Below, piece by piece: positions 23,901 through 34,900 of a stretch of DNA of 64,000 bases (positions within the stretch are counted from its first letter, which is position 1; the number at the start of each line of letters is the position of its first letter). The notes under the pieces were generated by a model. It was given only the letters and a program-made list of their open reading frames with translations. It was not told the origin of the DNA and did not search any database. The DNA is taken from NCBI GenBank assembly GCA_965235115.1, contig OZ249436.1:32056001-32120000 (forward strand), read 5' to 3'. A program made the position numbers and the translations under genes. The stretch is from Laetmonice hystrix. Taxonomy: Eukaryota.

Positions 23901-26900
23901 AAACTTGTCAATACGTCATTCTACTGGCCCACCTCACGTTACATAACTGTTGAAGAAAACCTCAAACTTATGGAGATCATGCTGTATGGGCGTGATTACT
24001 AAACTTGTCAATACGAGAGAATGTCATCCAGAAAATAAAGCTTTTTACGGTAACAGATGATGGGAGTTGACATCCAGGAACATTCCTCTGTGGTAACAAT
24101 CTTAGTAAATGAAGAACAAAGGGCTAGAGTCCATACTGTTAGGTATTGTCGGCCAGTGGCGGGAGTTTCGTTCGCGGCGGAGTTGTCATGGTTCTGGTGT
24201 AATGTAATGCTACAGACACAGAGTGCCCTCTAGTAGATGAACTGATAGGACGATAAACTGACCTTGCTGTAGTCGATGTGGAACATGCCAGTCCATTTCC
24301 CGTCATAAACCGTCTCCACCACCGCCTCCTCCAGTTTCTCACGCTCGATCAGCCGACGATTACCCTGGAGGATTTCAATGGGATCAGGTCCTCAGATATA
24401 CTGCCTATACAGAGCATGTTACGGGCTCATCATTGCGCCAGTTTCAAACCGAGCAGGTACGTTACAGGCTCATCATTGCGCCAAGCAGTTTCAAACCGAG
24501 CAGGTTTTCTACGTAGTCTCCGAAATATCACAACGGTAAACCAATACGTATACGTTCACTCTAAATCCATCTAGTTTTTAAAAGTAACCATGCGTTATCA
24601 ATGTATAAAAGCTATGCCCTAATGACAGGCATAAAGCAGGTCGTTGCTGGAAGAACCAAGAAGTTAAACCTACCTGGGCCGCTGCGATGCAGAGCTTCTT
24701 GAAGTAGTGGCTGGTGTCGTCTTCAATGTCCTGCTCAATGGAGGACCGGTCACGGCGCTGCTTCCTGTAGACGACTGCAATGTACATGTCATGATCAAGC
24801 AAACTGTCACTGGCATAATGTGGGAACGCCAAGGGTAATGGTCACCAATACTAGGTATATCGTGTTCAACCCAATAAGTACACAAAATCATGTTAGGCCT
24901 ATCTCTCTTAATGACTTAGTTCCAGCCCGGTCCCTTCGCGGAAGTATATGTATAGTAGGCCTAGGCTTTTTAAAATGGTTCGACAAACAAATATCGTAAG
25001 GATGCTCACAACTGTTCCTTGATGAATCAATTACGGTAGACCTAGTGTCTCTATCTTTGGTATTATATTTTAAGGATGGTTACGTACTGTCATTGTACTG
25101 CACGGCCATCTCCTGTATCTGGGAGTTGGTTCTGGTCATCAGGATCTCGATCAGACATTGCTCATCCGTCCCCGCACCCTGCAGCCAACAAGGTTTAAAT
25201 GTCATTTTCCTCAATCTGTACTTTTAGGGTCTTTGCCTACTGTTACCGGGTAATACCCGGGTCAGTGCATGTTGGTGAGCCGTATGATGATACTATCGCA
25301 CCACCACTGACCCGGGTATTACCCGGGGGGAATCCCCAGTATGAACTTACCCTAAGACGCTGACTGGTATACCAGTATGCACTGATCAACATGGTACAAC
25401 TCCAAGGCATGGCAGAGCATAGGGTGAAGTAGAATTTGAAACGATCTCATTCCTACATGCACTGAACACTCACGTATATTGCCTTCTTGACGCTGTAGGC
25501 ATCGTAACGAGCTGGGGTTTCAAACAAACCCAGCACACACAGTCGGAAGTTCCCACTGAGATCTCCTTTCAGATCGTCAATCAGGTCCTAGACGGCAACA
25601 ACAACAAATACTATAATACAACAATCAATCCAATAGTAACATCAATCTCTTGGCACAAACATTTGCAGTATTCATAATCATGAACTGAGGACATGCTCAT
25701 GATTCAATAGTAATATTTGAGATTTACTCACTCGGCCATAAGATGTCTTGTAATCCAGAAGTATCCTGTTACGCTGTGAGTTACAACGTGTTGACACCAC
25801 AGCAATTATGGATTCCTCATCAGTTCCTACCGGGTGAACAAACATTGTGTTCTCATGGAAAATCTATAAATTATAAGAAAATGCTAGCCCGTTCTTTTAA
25901 GTACCGGTATTGGATATCCATTTAATGTGGTTAACAGATTCCTAGTTAAGCTCATCCGTTAAGTTCAGACCGTCGTCTGCCTCAAGAAAGAACTTAATCT
26001 TGGAAATGCAGATCGAACGTGAAGACTAGGCCTCATAGCTCCACCATATCTTGTTCTGACAAACCTATGATATTTAGAAAAATCGCTGTGGACAAGGTTG
26101 GGACACAACTATTAACGTTTATGCACGGTGCACTAACATAATTAGCACAACTAATATCTTTACAAATTTCTGTCAGCAACAAAAAATCATGGTATTGTTC
26201 AAAAATGATTCCCATTACGTTTCATCAACTTTCCAATCTTACCCCAGCCCCGGATTCCATTACGCAGGAACTCGGCGTCATAGAGTGCGTCCCACTTCTC
26301 GCCGACGATCGAGTCGCCCTTGGCGTCGCTGTACCACTTGGCGACAGGGTCCTCCTCATCATACTCATCAAACGGAAACACCGTCCCTATGGTGTTCTCG
26401 AACGTTCCATTAACCTCCTGACGGCGCATCAGTTCGTCAATGAACCGTGAACGTAGCTCAAGTTTCAGACCGTCGTCCGCCTCAAGTCTCTCCTGTAGCT
26501 CTTTACTTCTCTCTTCGGCACGGCGAGCTCGCTCCTCCATTTTCTTCTACAGAGCACAATATGATCACTGGGACAGTTGTCTTGGTGTAGTCGGCATCAT
26601 ACACCCTCTCATTGAGATCATGATAGGGTTTGGATTGGTATACTCACTGGGATTTATGGAAACCTAATTATTGTTATAATATTGAAATAACAACATAAAA
26701 AGTGGGGTTCTAGGGGGTAGGGGTCGGTTGGACTTACCCTCTCCTCTTCATAATCGACCTCTTCTTCTCCGCCATCATCGAACATTCTCTGTATCCAAAA
26801 TAATACTATCAGTTTAGTATTATGCTACAGTAAGTGTAAGTACAAGTCGAATATAGGCCTATATGGTGACAGAGTTAACAGAGTTTCCTGTACAAAATTC

Positions 26901-29900
26901 CTTACCCGTCTCGCTTGTCTCTCCTTCCGTTTAAGTCTGGCAAGATCCTCCTTGTCCTCATCCGACATATCCAGCAGACCCATCTAAACATGACATCACA
27001 ATCAGACCAATGTAAACATGACATCTCAATCAGACACATCTAAACATGCCATCACAATCAGACCAATGTAAACATGCCATCTCAATCAGACCAATGTAAA
27101 CATGACATCTCAATCAGACACATCGAAACATGCCATCACAATCAGACCAATGTAAACATGCCATCTCAATCAGACCAATGTAAACATGACATCTCAATCA
27201 GACCAATGTAAACATGCCATCACAATCAGACCAATGTAAACAAGACATCTCAATCAGACCAATGTAAACATGCCATCACAATCAGACCAATGTAAACATG
27301 ACATCTCAATCAGACCCATCTAAACATGACATTTCAATCAGACCAATGTAAACATGCCATCTCAATCAGACCCATCTAAACATGACATTTCAATCAGACC
27401 AATGTAAACATGACATCTCAATCAGACCCATCTAAACATGACATTTCAATCAGACCAATGTAAACATGCCATCTCAATCAGACCCATCTAAACATGACAT
27501 TTCAATCAGACCAATGTAAACATGCCATCTCAATCAGACCCATCTAAACATGCCATCTCAATCAGACCAATGTAAACATGACATCTCAATCAGACCAATG
27601 TAAACATGACATCACAATCAGACCCTTCTAAACACAGTCTCACAGCAGAAGACGGCTACTATACCCTGGACTACTTATGTCATATTCACTAAGACACTTT
27701 GAAAGGTCATAGTTACTATAATAGATCTAAGCAATACAGGAAAAGTAGGCATACATAATTATATTCGTTGTGAATTATACAGTGCAAGAGTAAAATGACC
27801 TTTCTAGCCAAGTCTGCTTGCATGTTCTGGTGATACTGGCTGGTCATGTAGTTTTGCATCATTCCGTACTGGTGTGACATCGGAGGCTGCATGAGTTGAG
27901 GGACCTAGAACATTGACCAGACACCCAAACATATATAATAAAGAAACTCGCATAAACCTTTTTTTTTACAGAATATAAATATCATTTATATTTGTTTTTC
28001 TACACAAAGCACGTAACGTTTAAGTGTCCTGGGATGAGGCACGGAAGGTAAAAATCAGTGAAAGTAGTAAATAAAAATACTTACCATTGTTTATACCGGA
28101 GAGTGGGTGGAAACAAGAATGAAAAAAAGGATATAGCCAGGATATAAGTCCCGCACAATGTTATATACCGAAGAACGTTAGACGTCATACGATTGTTGTC
28201 TGTGTAATCATTTTTGAGACTTTTATGGATGAATATCATCTTGCAAACCTTGACCTTCCGTTTTCGTGAAGGAAAATTATAGAAATCATTTGACATTTGC
28301 TTCCGTATACTGACAACCAGAACATAATTAAATTTATCATAGAAACATGATTTAAAGACCTGATTGTTTTGTGCTGCCTGTTTGAGATTATAGGGCCTAC
28401 ATTACCACCCACCTGGTTGGGCAGTGGCGGCGCGGTGAACCCTGGGACAGCTGGTCCCTGAGTGTAACCTGTCACAACATGAGACATTGGGTTACTGGGA
28501 ATCTTTAATTTACAACCCGTAGTACCATCCATGGGAAAACGTAGGAGGAAACAGACACAAGAAATATACCACCTAAATTACTGATTATATATTAATATAT
28601 AGTGGACTTGTATAAATATAGCACCGTATTATAAACAGAAAGTTAACAGAGTAAAATTAAATAGTAATGATAAAAACAATAAAAAAATTAAAAAGAAGAA
28701 ACCGAACCGAACCTGAGGGTAGGCGATCATTATTGTAAGAGAGTTCTTCATGCAATCATGCGTATTATATTATAGAACACAAAGTAACTGGAGTTAATAA
28801 CGCAATGCCAAACAGAGTAACATAATTACGCTCATGGAATCATTATAAATCTATTATAAATCTAGTAGTATATAACAGTAATGATTGCCGCCAAAAATCG
28901 GAGTTTTTTTTCCATGTCCGTCCATGCAATGTCCCGTTCCAGCACAAAATCGCAACTCTCAGTTGCTATTACTGACACAGCATTCATTGAGGGATCGAAA
29001 TTACATTATAGATATCCTGTCATTGCCTGTCAGGCATGGTCCCAGAGGCTGGGAAGACCAGCACATGCATAGAGGATCTATCGTTAAGTAAAGATGTAAG
29101 GCAGCACGTTAACACAATTATGAACAAGATTTTTCATACCTCCTCCATACCCTGTGTAACTCCCACCTCCTGCATAAGCTGAATAGTTCGAAATGAAGAA
29201 ATCCTTAAACGTTTAATGCTTTTACATTAATATATTGGCAACATTGTATTTTTACAGCTTTTATATATAGATAACGGCATAATACAGTGTTTTCAATTTC
29301 ATACAATATATTCCCAGTAGGCCTATTCTCAGTCATTTCTCCATAAGTTTCCTAATTTCCTACATTTCTTGGAAGAAAGAAAGCAAGACTTTTACCTGGT
29401 GCTCCATATGGATATCCATAGGCCCCTATATAGGAAGCAAGAGAATGACACCATAACATGACGTATGCATCAGTATGATACTTTCCATTCAAGATTAGAA
29501 TTATAAAATACAAACGCCGGAAAAAATGAATATCTTTAAAGCTAGGAACTGCCCATAACTTGACTATTTGGGTGGGATAACCTGCATGGGGGTTCGATCT
29601 ATAGGTCTGCCGAGGGAAATTGCAATGGTGTGACTTAGGCATGCATATGAAACCTAACATGACCATTTCGACCCAAATTAGGGCATTTCCGGTCGAGTTA
29701 TTGAGTGGGCCTTATACTTCAGCCATGGTCCAAGTCAACGGTTTCGGAATTAGCCCTATTCAAAAATAATTCCTACTAACCTAGGCCTACTAACCCGGAA
29801 GGAAAGAAAGAAAGAAAGAAAGAACATCGTAAACATACTGGGGCAAACAAAACGTCTCCCCTGGTGGGATATACGTTTTGTCTTCATGTTTATACCTAGG

Positions 29901-30288
29901 CTTTTTGGGCACTTGGACTGATTCCATTTCTTTGCGCACCGGCATGAAGGAGGGTGAGGATAAGTTCGGTGTTTACCCACCTGGTGGCGCCTGCGGCCCC
30001 ATTTGGTGGCCGCCGTACGCGGGGTACTGGTTCACATTGTAGGCGCTCCCATAACCGTAACCTCCACCAGGGGGCGGTGGTGGGCCGGAGCTGGGATAAC
30101 CGTAACCTCCGGCGCCCGCCGCGAATGGACTGCCCCCTGGCGGAGGGTAGTTGGACTGTTGGAAGACACAGGAGGGGTTTATGTGATGACACACACAGAT
30201 ATGGGTTACATACACAGCCAAGTTATTCTTACACATAAAAAACCGGGTGGCATGTTAAATATATTAGGCCTATACTTACTCCCCACAT
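20925..30288 (-). CDS. Annexin (ANXA7/ANXA11-like N-terminus, invertebrate group B type), 604 aa. Coding exons 30280-30288, 29981-30155, 29396-29425, 29140-29178, 28413-28468, 27800-27904, 26906-26983, 26738-26788, 26243-26546, 25732-25826, 25474-25587, 25088-25178, 24674-24774, 24263-24364, 23211-23360, 21920-21995, 21519-21631, 20925-21050
   Basis: Four annexin repeats with endonexin motifs [21 protein letters not shown] and GLGTSD, and downstream acidic caps KGDLSG, EDDTSH, ERETSG and KHDTSG. The C-terminus is typical ([17 protein letters not shown]). The N-terminus is G/Y/P-rich ([14 protein letters not shown]...). All junctions are GT-AG and in phase (1815 nt), with an in-frame TGA upstream of the ATG. 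Confidence 0.95.
22030..23236. repeat. Minisatellite, 105-113-bp unit, 11 copies of the annexin donor at 23210/23211
   Basis: ttaccttcacatactcgtcccacactgtac occurs at 22111, 22223, 22330, 22442, 22555, 22660, 22765, 22877, 22984, 23097 and 23207. Confidence 0.95.
23329..24015. repeat. Minisatellite, 92-106-bp unit, 7 copies of the annexin acceptor at 23360/23361
   Basis: cattctactggccc occurs at 23331, 23423, 23517, 23611, 23711, 23817 and 23917. Confidence 0.95.
25227..25352. mobile_element. Palindromic MITE-like element in an annexin intron
   Basis: Perfect 22-bp inverted arms ccgggtaatacccgggtcagtg (25246-25267) / cactgacccgggtattacccgg (25305-25326). Imperfect GGG...CCC termini with TTA/TAA flanks (PIF/Harbinger-like). 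Confidence 0.6.
26975..27633. repeat. Minisatellite, 28-bp unit, about 23 copies, spanning the annexin acceptor at 26983/26984
   Basis: atcagacc recurs at 27001, 27029, 27057 and onward; unit variants are cccatctaaac and ccaatgtaaac. Confidence 0.95.
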
Positions 30289-30842
30289 GATTCCGTCTCG
30301 TCAAACCTGTAACACCAAACATGAAGTATTTACAGTTTGATAAACCACATTTTCTGTGTATAAGGGTTCCAATATTTTCTATAAACCTAGGCCTATTATA
30401 GTCAATATTCTAACCATAATATTGAGTTAACAGATCTATTTGTCTCACGCATATAGATTTAGACATATATGTATAAGGTAGGGTTAGGCTACTTTTAAAT
30501 TCTGCCTTTGGCTAAGTCTATTAGACTAAATTGCTGGTGGAGACTGCATGCTGTATACGATATTCATCCCTGCAATATTGAATCCACATCATAGGCCGGC
30601 CTTCTGATCGCCCGACACAATTACCTTTTTATACCGCGGTATGTAGCCTATATCACAGTGATTGCATGGGCACATCGGGGTAAAATGCTATAAATCACGT
30701 CCACAAATTGGAGGGAGTAAAAAAGTAGTGAATATAACGTGGTGATCGGGGAGGCAGAAAGAGAGACTCGATCTAATATATACTAAAATGTGTAGGCCTC
30801 CTCCGAACGCTTCCAAGGCCGGCATATCATATTGAGCCCCGG

Positions 30843-30996
30843 CAGTGGCGGATTAGGAGGGGGGAGGGCAACCCCCTTTCGAAGTAATTTTATTTTTTTC
30901 TGCTTGAAACGTTCAAACCAAACATACACCACCCCCGGCACCCACAACCCCCCTCTTGGCACCCCCTCCTCAATGCGCAAACCTGGATCCGCCCTG
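30843..30996. mobile_element. Short GC-rich MITE, CAGTGGCGGAT-terminus family
   Basis: cagtggcggatt ... ggatccgccctg; flanks are cccgg / cacgg. Confidence 0.55.
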
Positions 30997-31530
30997 CACG
31001 GAATGCGTCAGAAGTAGGCCTATATCTCTTATGTTGGCCATGACCTTCTACGCGTAGGCCTCCATAGGCCTATATGCCAGCATTGTCAGTTCCAACAGCT
31101 AGATCTAGGCCAAGCCTCTTTAAAATGCTACGACTACGTCAGACACCGCAACATTAACATTCTCCAAGAAAAATATCGCAATAACTAGGGCTGTCCTAAA
31201 ACCAACTAGGAAGTACGCCCCTCTGTGCCCATTCAAGCCTCCTGAGGCATTAACCATGACATATAGCCTCATAGGCCTATATTGTTACGACAGAGCTGCC
31301 AAGGAAATGATATATTCTCCTGCCATTGGTAGCTAGCATTATAGATTGGTAGATGCAGCAGCAAAACTGTCCCAATTCTCCTGCAACCTCCTTGCCACCA
31401 GCCTCGCTGACAGCGTATATGTGTACGTTTCCCTCTGATAAGACCTCTGATGAAAACTGCCTGTCCATGCAATAACATGATCATGACAATAATATTTTGA
31501 AACTGATGCTGTACACCTTAAATTACTCAC

Positions 31531-31950
31531 TGGAGTCCGGCAGCTGATGTCCGCCTGCAGAACAGAGAGTGAAAATGCCAGCAGTGTTTACGAAGGATAC
31601 ATTATGATAATGAGCCGGGTGTCTGCCACTGGCGCCAGGGACGGTTCGCCTACTGCGACCTGCCGGTGTAGAATCTGTGATATCACATCACTGCCAAACC
31701 GAAATACCGATCTTCTATGCCGGGACATAAAAAAAGGTGCTTCAGTTATTATTATTGTGGAGTTTATCAATAATCTGGAAGGATATTATGCAGTGGTTCA
31801 TCCGAAGTAGCCAACCTCAGAGTGGAGTAGCCTGTAACTATATAATAGGCCTATAGCGGGAGATCTGGGCCTACCGTCCTTCCTCGCATGACCCAGTCCC
31901 CATGACCTAGTAATACATTGTAAAGCCTTCATACTCACTGTATATGGTTA
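31531..31950 (-). other. Candidate 5' UTR micro-exons of the annexin gene (24 nt at 31531-31554; 12 nt at 31939-31950)
   Basis: On the minus strand: ctctgttctgcag|...ctcca|gtgagt and ttcatgctacag|taaccatataca|gtgagt. The ATG-containing exon (30280-30306) starts with an acceptor, so upstream non-coding exons must exist. Confidence 0.5.
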
Positions 31951-34900
31951 CTGTAGCATGAAATAAATGGAACTACGAACTGCGATAATTTATAAACCGA
32001 ACTATTGTCCATAGGATGAGTGTTTACATATGCATCAGGTAGGGTACATGTCGTCAGGTCTTGAAGCTATACAGCCTGCTAGAAGCTTTGGTCGGCATCA
32101 GATCTTGATGTGGAACGTTAGACTCTCTAGGCTATATGGTTTGTCTCAATGCCAACGTGTTTTGGTGGGGGTGGCCATCGCAGTGAGTCATAGGGCGGAC
32201 TGGTTGTGAAGTGTATAGACCTATCATGTAAACATGTTGAACCCTGCGACAATCTGTTGCTATACTTTATTCGCGCCTCAACCGGTTTAGTTGGTACTGC
32301 AGACACCAGGGGGCGTACCGGTTAAGCATGCACAAAGAAGACACTCATCGTCTTTGGGGAGGTTTATGAATGACCCCTGATTAATATAGCAACGACATAA
32401 CTGATGTCCTATAGCATGTGAGTCTTCACCTATGTTCCGTCTGAATAATTCCATAAGAAACTGTGATTGAATGTGAAAAAATGAAGGTGGAAAGATCGAG
32501 GAACACGTGGAACAGTGAGAAACTATATGTGCCGTAATTAGATCTACGACCTTCAAGTACGAGGCACATCTGCTAGGCCTATGTCATATTACTCATCGGC
32601 GTCGAAAGATATTCCGAGTCGGAAGGACCTAACATTTACTGACTTTCTGTAACAACTGCAAATCCTTCGGAAAGGATCACCTCATGGCCCACCCATCCCT
32701 AGACGCTGTTATCTTAGAACAGATGTTTGGGACCAAATCAACGCAAACACACAGCAGGTTCAGGTCAGAATCTTGTATCATGTCAGAGGGTTGCTTTATT
32801 AAACGTTCAGTTGGAGAGACACAAATAGGCACTGCAATCCCTATAGCCGACGTCTTGGCCATACTGGTTAATTCTGACTTTGTCTTGTGTATACAGGCCA
32901 GGCAATAACACTCACAACGCTTCCAATGCTGTTTTGACCCAAACTCGTATAATAAATGTTTTAAGATATACAAAACATAACTTTGACAAAATCTACATAT
33001 GTTGTTCACATGAACATCATTCAATAAATGGCAGTGAAAAATTGGCGTCTAAGAACATTCATTTTCGATTATAAAAAACAAGGGTTTTATCTGGAAAAAA
33101 AGATAATGGAATCACCATTTTCCACTTCCAAGAACTGCTAGGACCGCGCCCTGAGGCGGCAGTATACATGTAATCAGGCAGGTGTGTATGTGTCTGCATC
33201 ATAGTAGGTAAATCACACTTCTCAGGGTGCAACAAAGCAGTGGTCTGCAGACGTTTGGCTTCCGCTAAAGCCGAATAACTGCTCAAGAATCACAAAAACG
33301 TTATCCGTTGCTAGCTGATGAGATGAAGAGCACAGACTGACGAGATAACACGACACTTTGGCAAATCATGCTCGTTTCTTTCGTTCTTTGTTTGTTCTTT
33401 CAATATGTATTATTAACTGACAGATTGCATACGTTTAACATCAGAGTCGAGCACGTGGCACACGTTTGCATGACATCCACAGAAGTATACACGTACACCT
33501 CTTGAAAAGATAAACAAACAGCAAAGTCCATTATATTTAACATTTGGTGGTTCTTGACAGGAGGATGTAACAAGGTTTGATCAACAGACAAGACGTATTG
33601 ATACGTAACATATTTAGGGTGGCTGCCACGTCACATAAAGACGATGTCACACACTGCACATCCACGTAAATCCACACACTATGACTAGCTATTACGGTGA
33701 TCGTTTTTTTTAACTTCACTGATATATGAAACACTCTTTCTTCCTCTAACTCTCAAAAATAAGCAACTTTGATAATAATAGGATTGCAGCATATTCATTT
33801 TACCATAAAAATAGTTTCTCCACGACGCTCCGCTTCCAAACTGGAATACCACACACCTGGTGCAAGAATGTACAAAAATAAGTGATATCATACGTTGATA
33901 TATGTATATGATGTCTAATACTGTTCTTATCTGAAACTTAAACAGAAAAACCCAGACACTGGTGTGAAGAATGATGAGAATGGCTCAATGAGATCGACAC
34001 CAAAGACACAGAAAAAAATACTTTCATATACCGGTATTATTCAGAAGAATTCAGGAAAACATGTTTAATTCGCGATGACGACTTCTTCTCTTTCAAACTC
34101 TTTTCATTTAAAAAAAATCCTGTATTGACCTTTCGGAAGGTTAAAAATTAAAGTGCGGGGGAAATCGGTTATTGCAAAGGCACCTAGAGTCTCAAATGAC
34201 CTGCGTGTGATTACCTGTAACATTTATTTTTAACAGTCTGGGTGGAGGTATCCGAAGCTGTACTCAGTTATATGGTATTCCAATCACCAGTGTAACCATT
34301 CTCCACATATCGGACTCACCAAGAAACATAAACCTGCATAATTATACTATACAGATTCACGCCTGAAAAACGAGTCGTGTACATTGTGTACTGGTCAAAA
34401 AATCCCATTTTCATAAGCTACTCACACAAAGCTGAACCGCACCCCTCTGTTTTAAACAGATAACCCAATACCAGGTAAATTACCAGGGTTTACCTTAATC
34501 TAGGTGTCACTTGATAACCCAGAAAATGGCAAAATACAAGGTAATATTATATATAATACATGTGAACATTCACTTCATGAAGCTACCAAAACAATGCAGA
34601 TAGTATATCATATACAGATATAATGTGTCAGAAACCTAAATCTAAATAAACGTCATGGTTTATTGTTATACATAAATATCTACATATATACCGGGTACTT
34701 TTATACTCTACAATGACACACCTTCACTAAGTCTGTGATTCATACACGTTAACACACTCCAAGATTACAAAAAAAAGTTGGTCATCATTTATTTATGTTC
34801 TCCTTTGGTAATAACAGATAATCATCGACCACAACAATTCTCGAAATTATTTCCCTCCCTTTCATGATGCACAATAACAATAAACAAATGATTCTACACA

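Noticed and set aside
28713..28730. Possible annexin micro-exon or alternative start (ATG ATC GCC TAC CCT CAG|gt)
   Set aside because: No acceptor, and it is phase 0 whereas the next exon needs phase 1.
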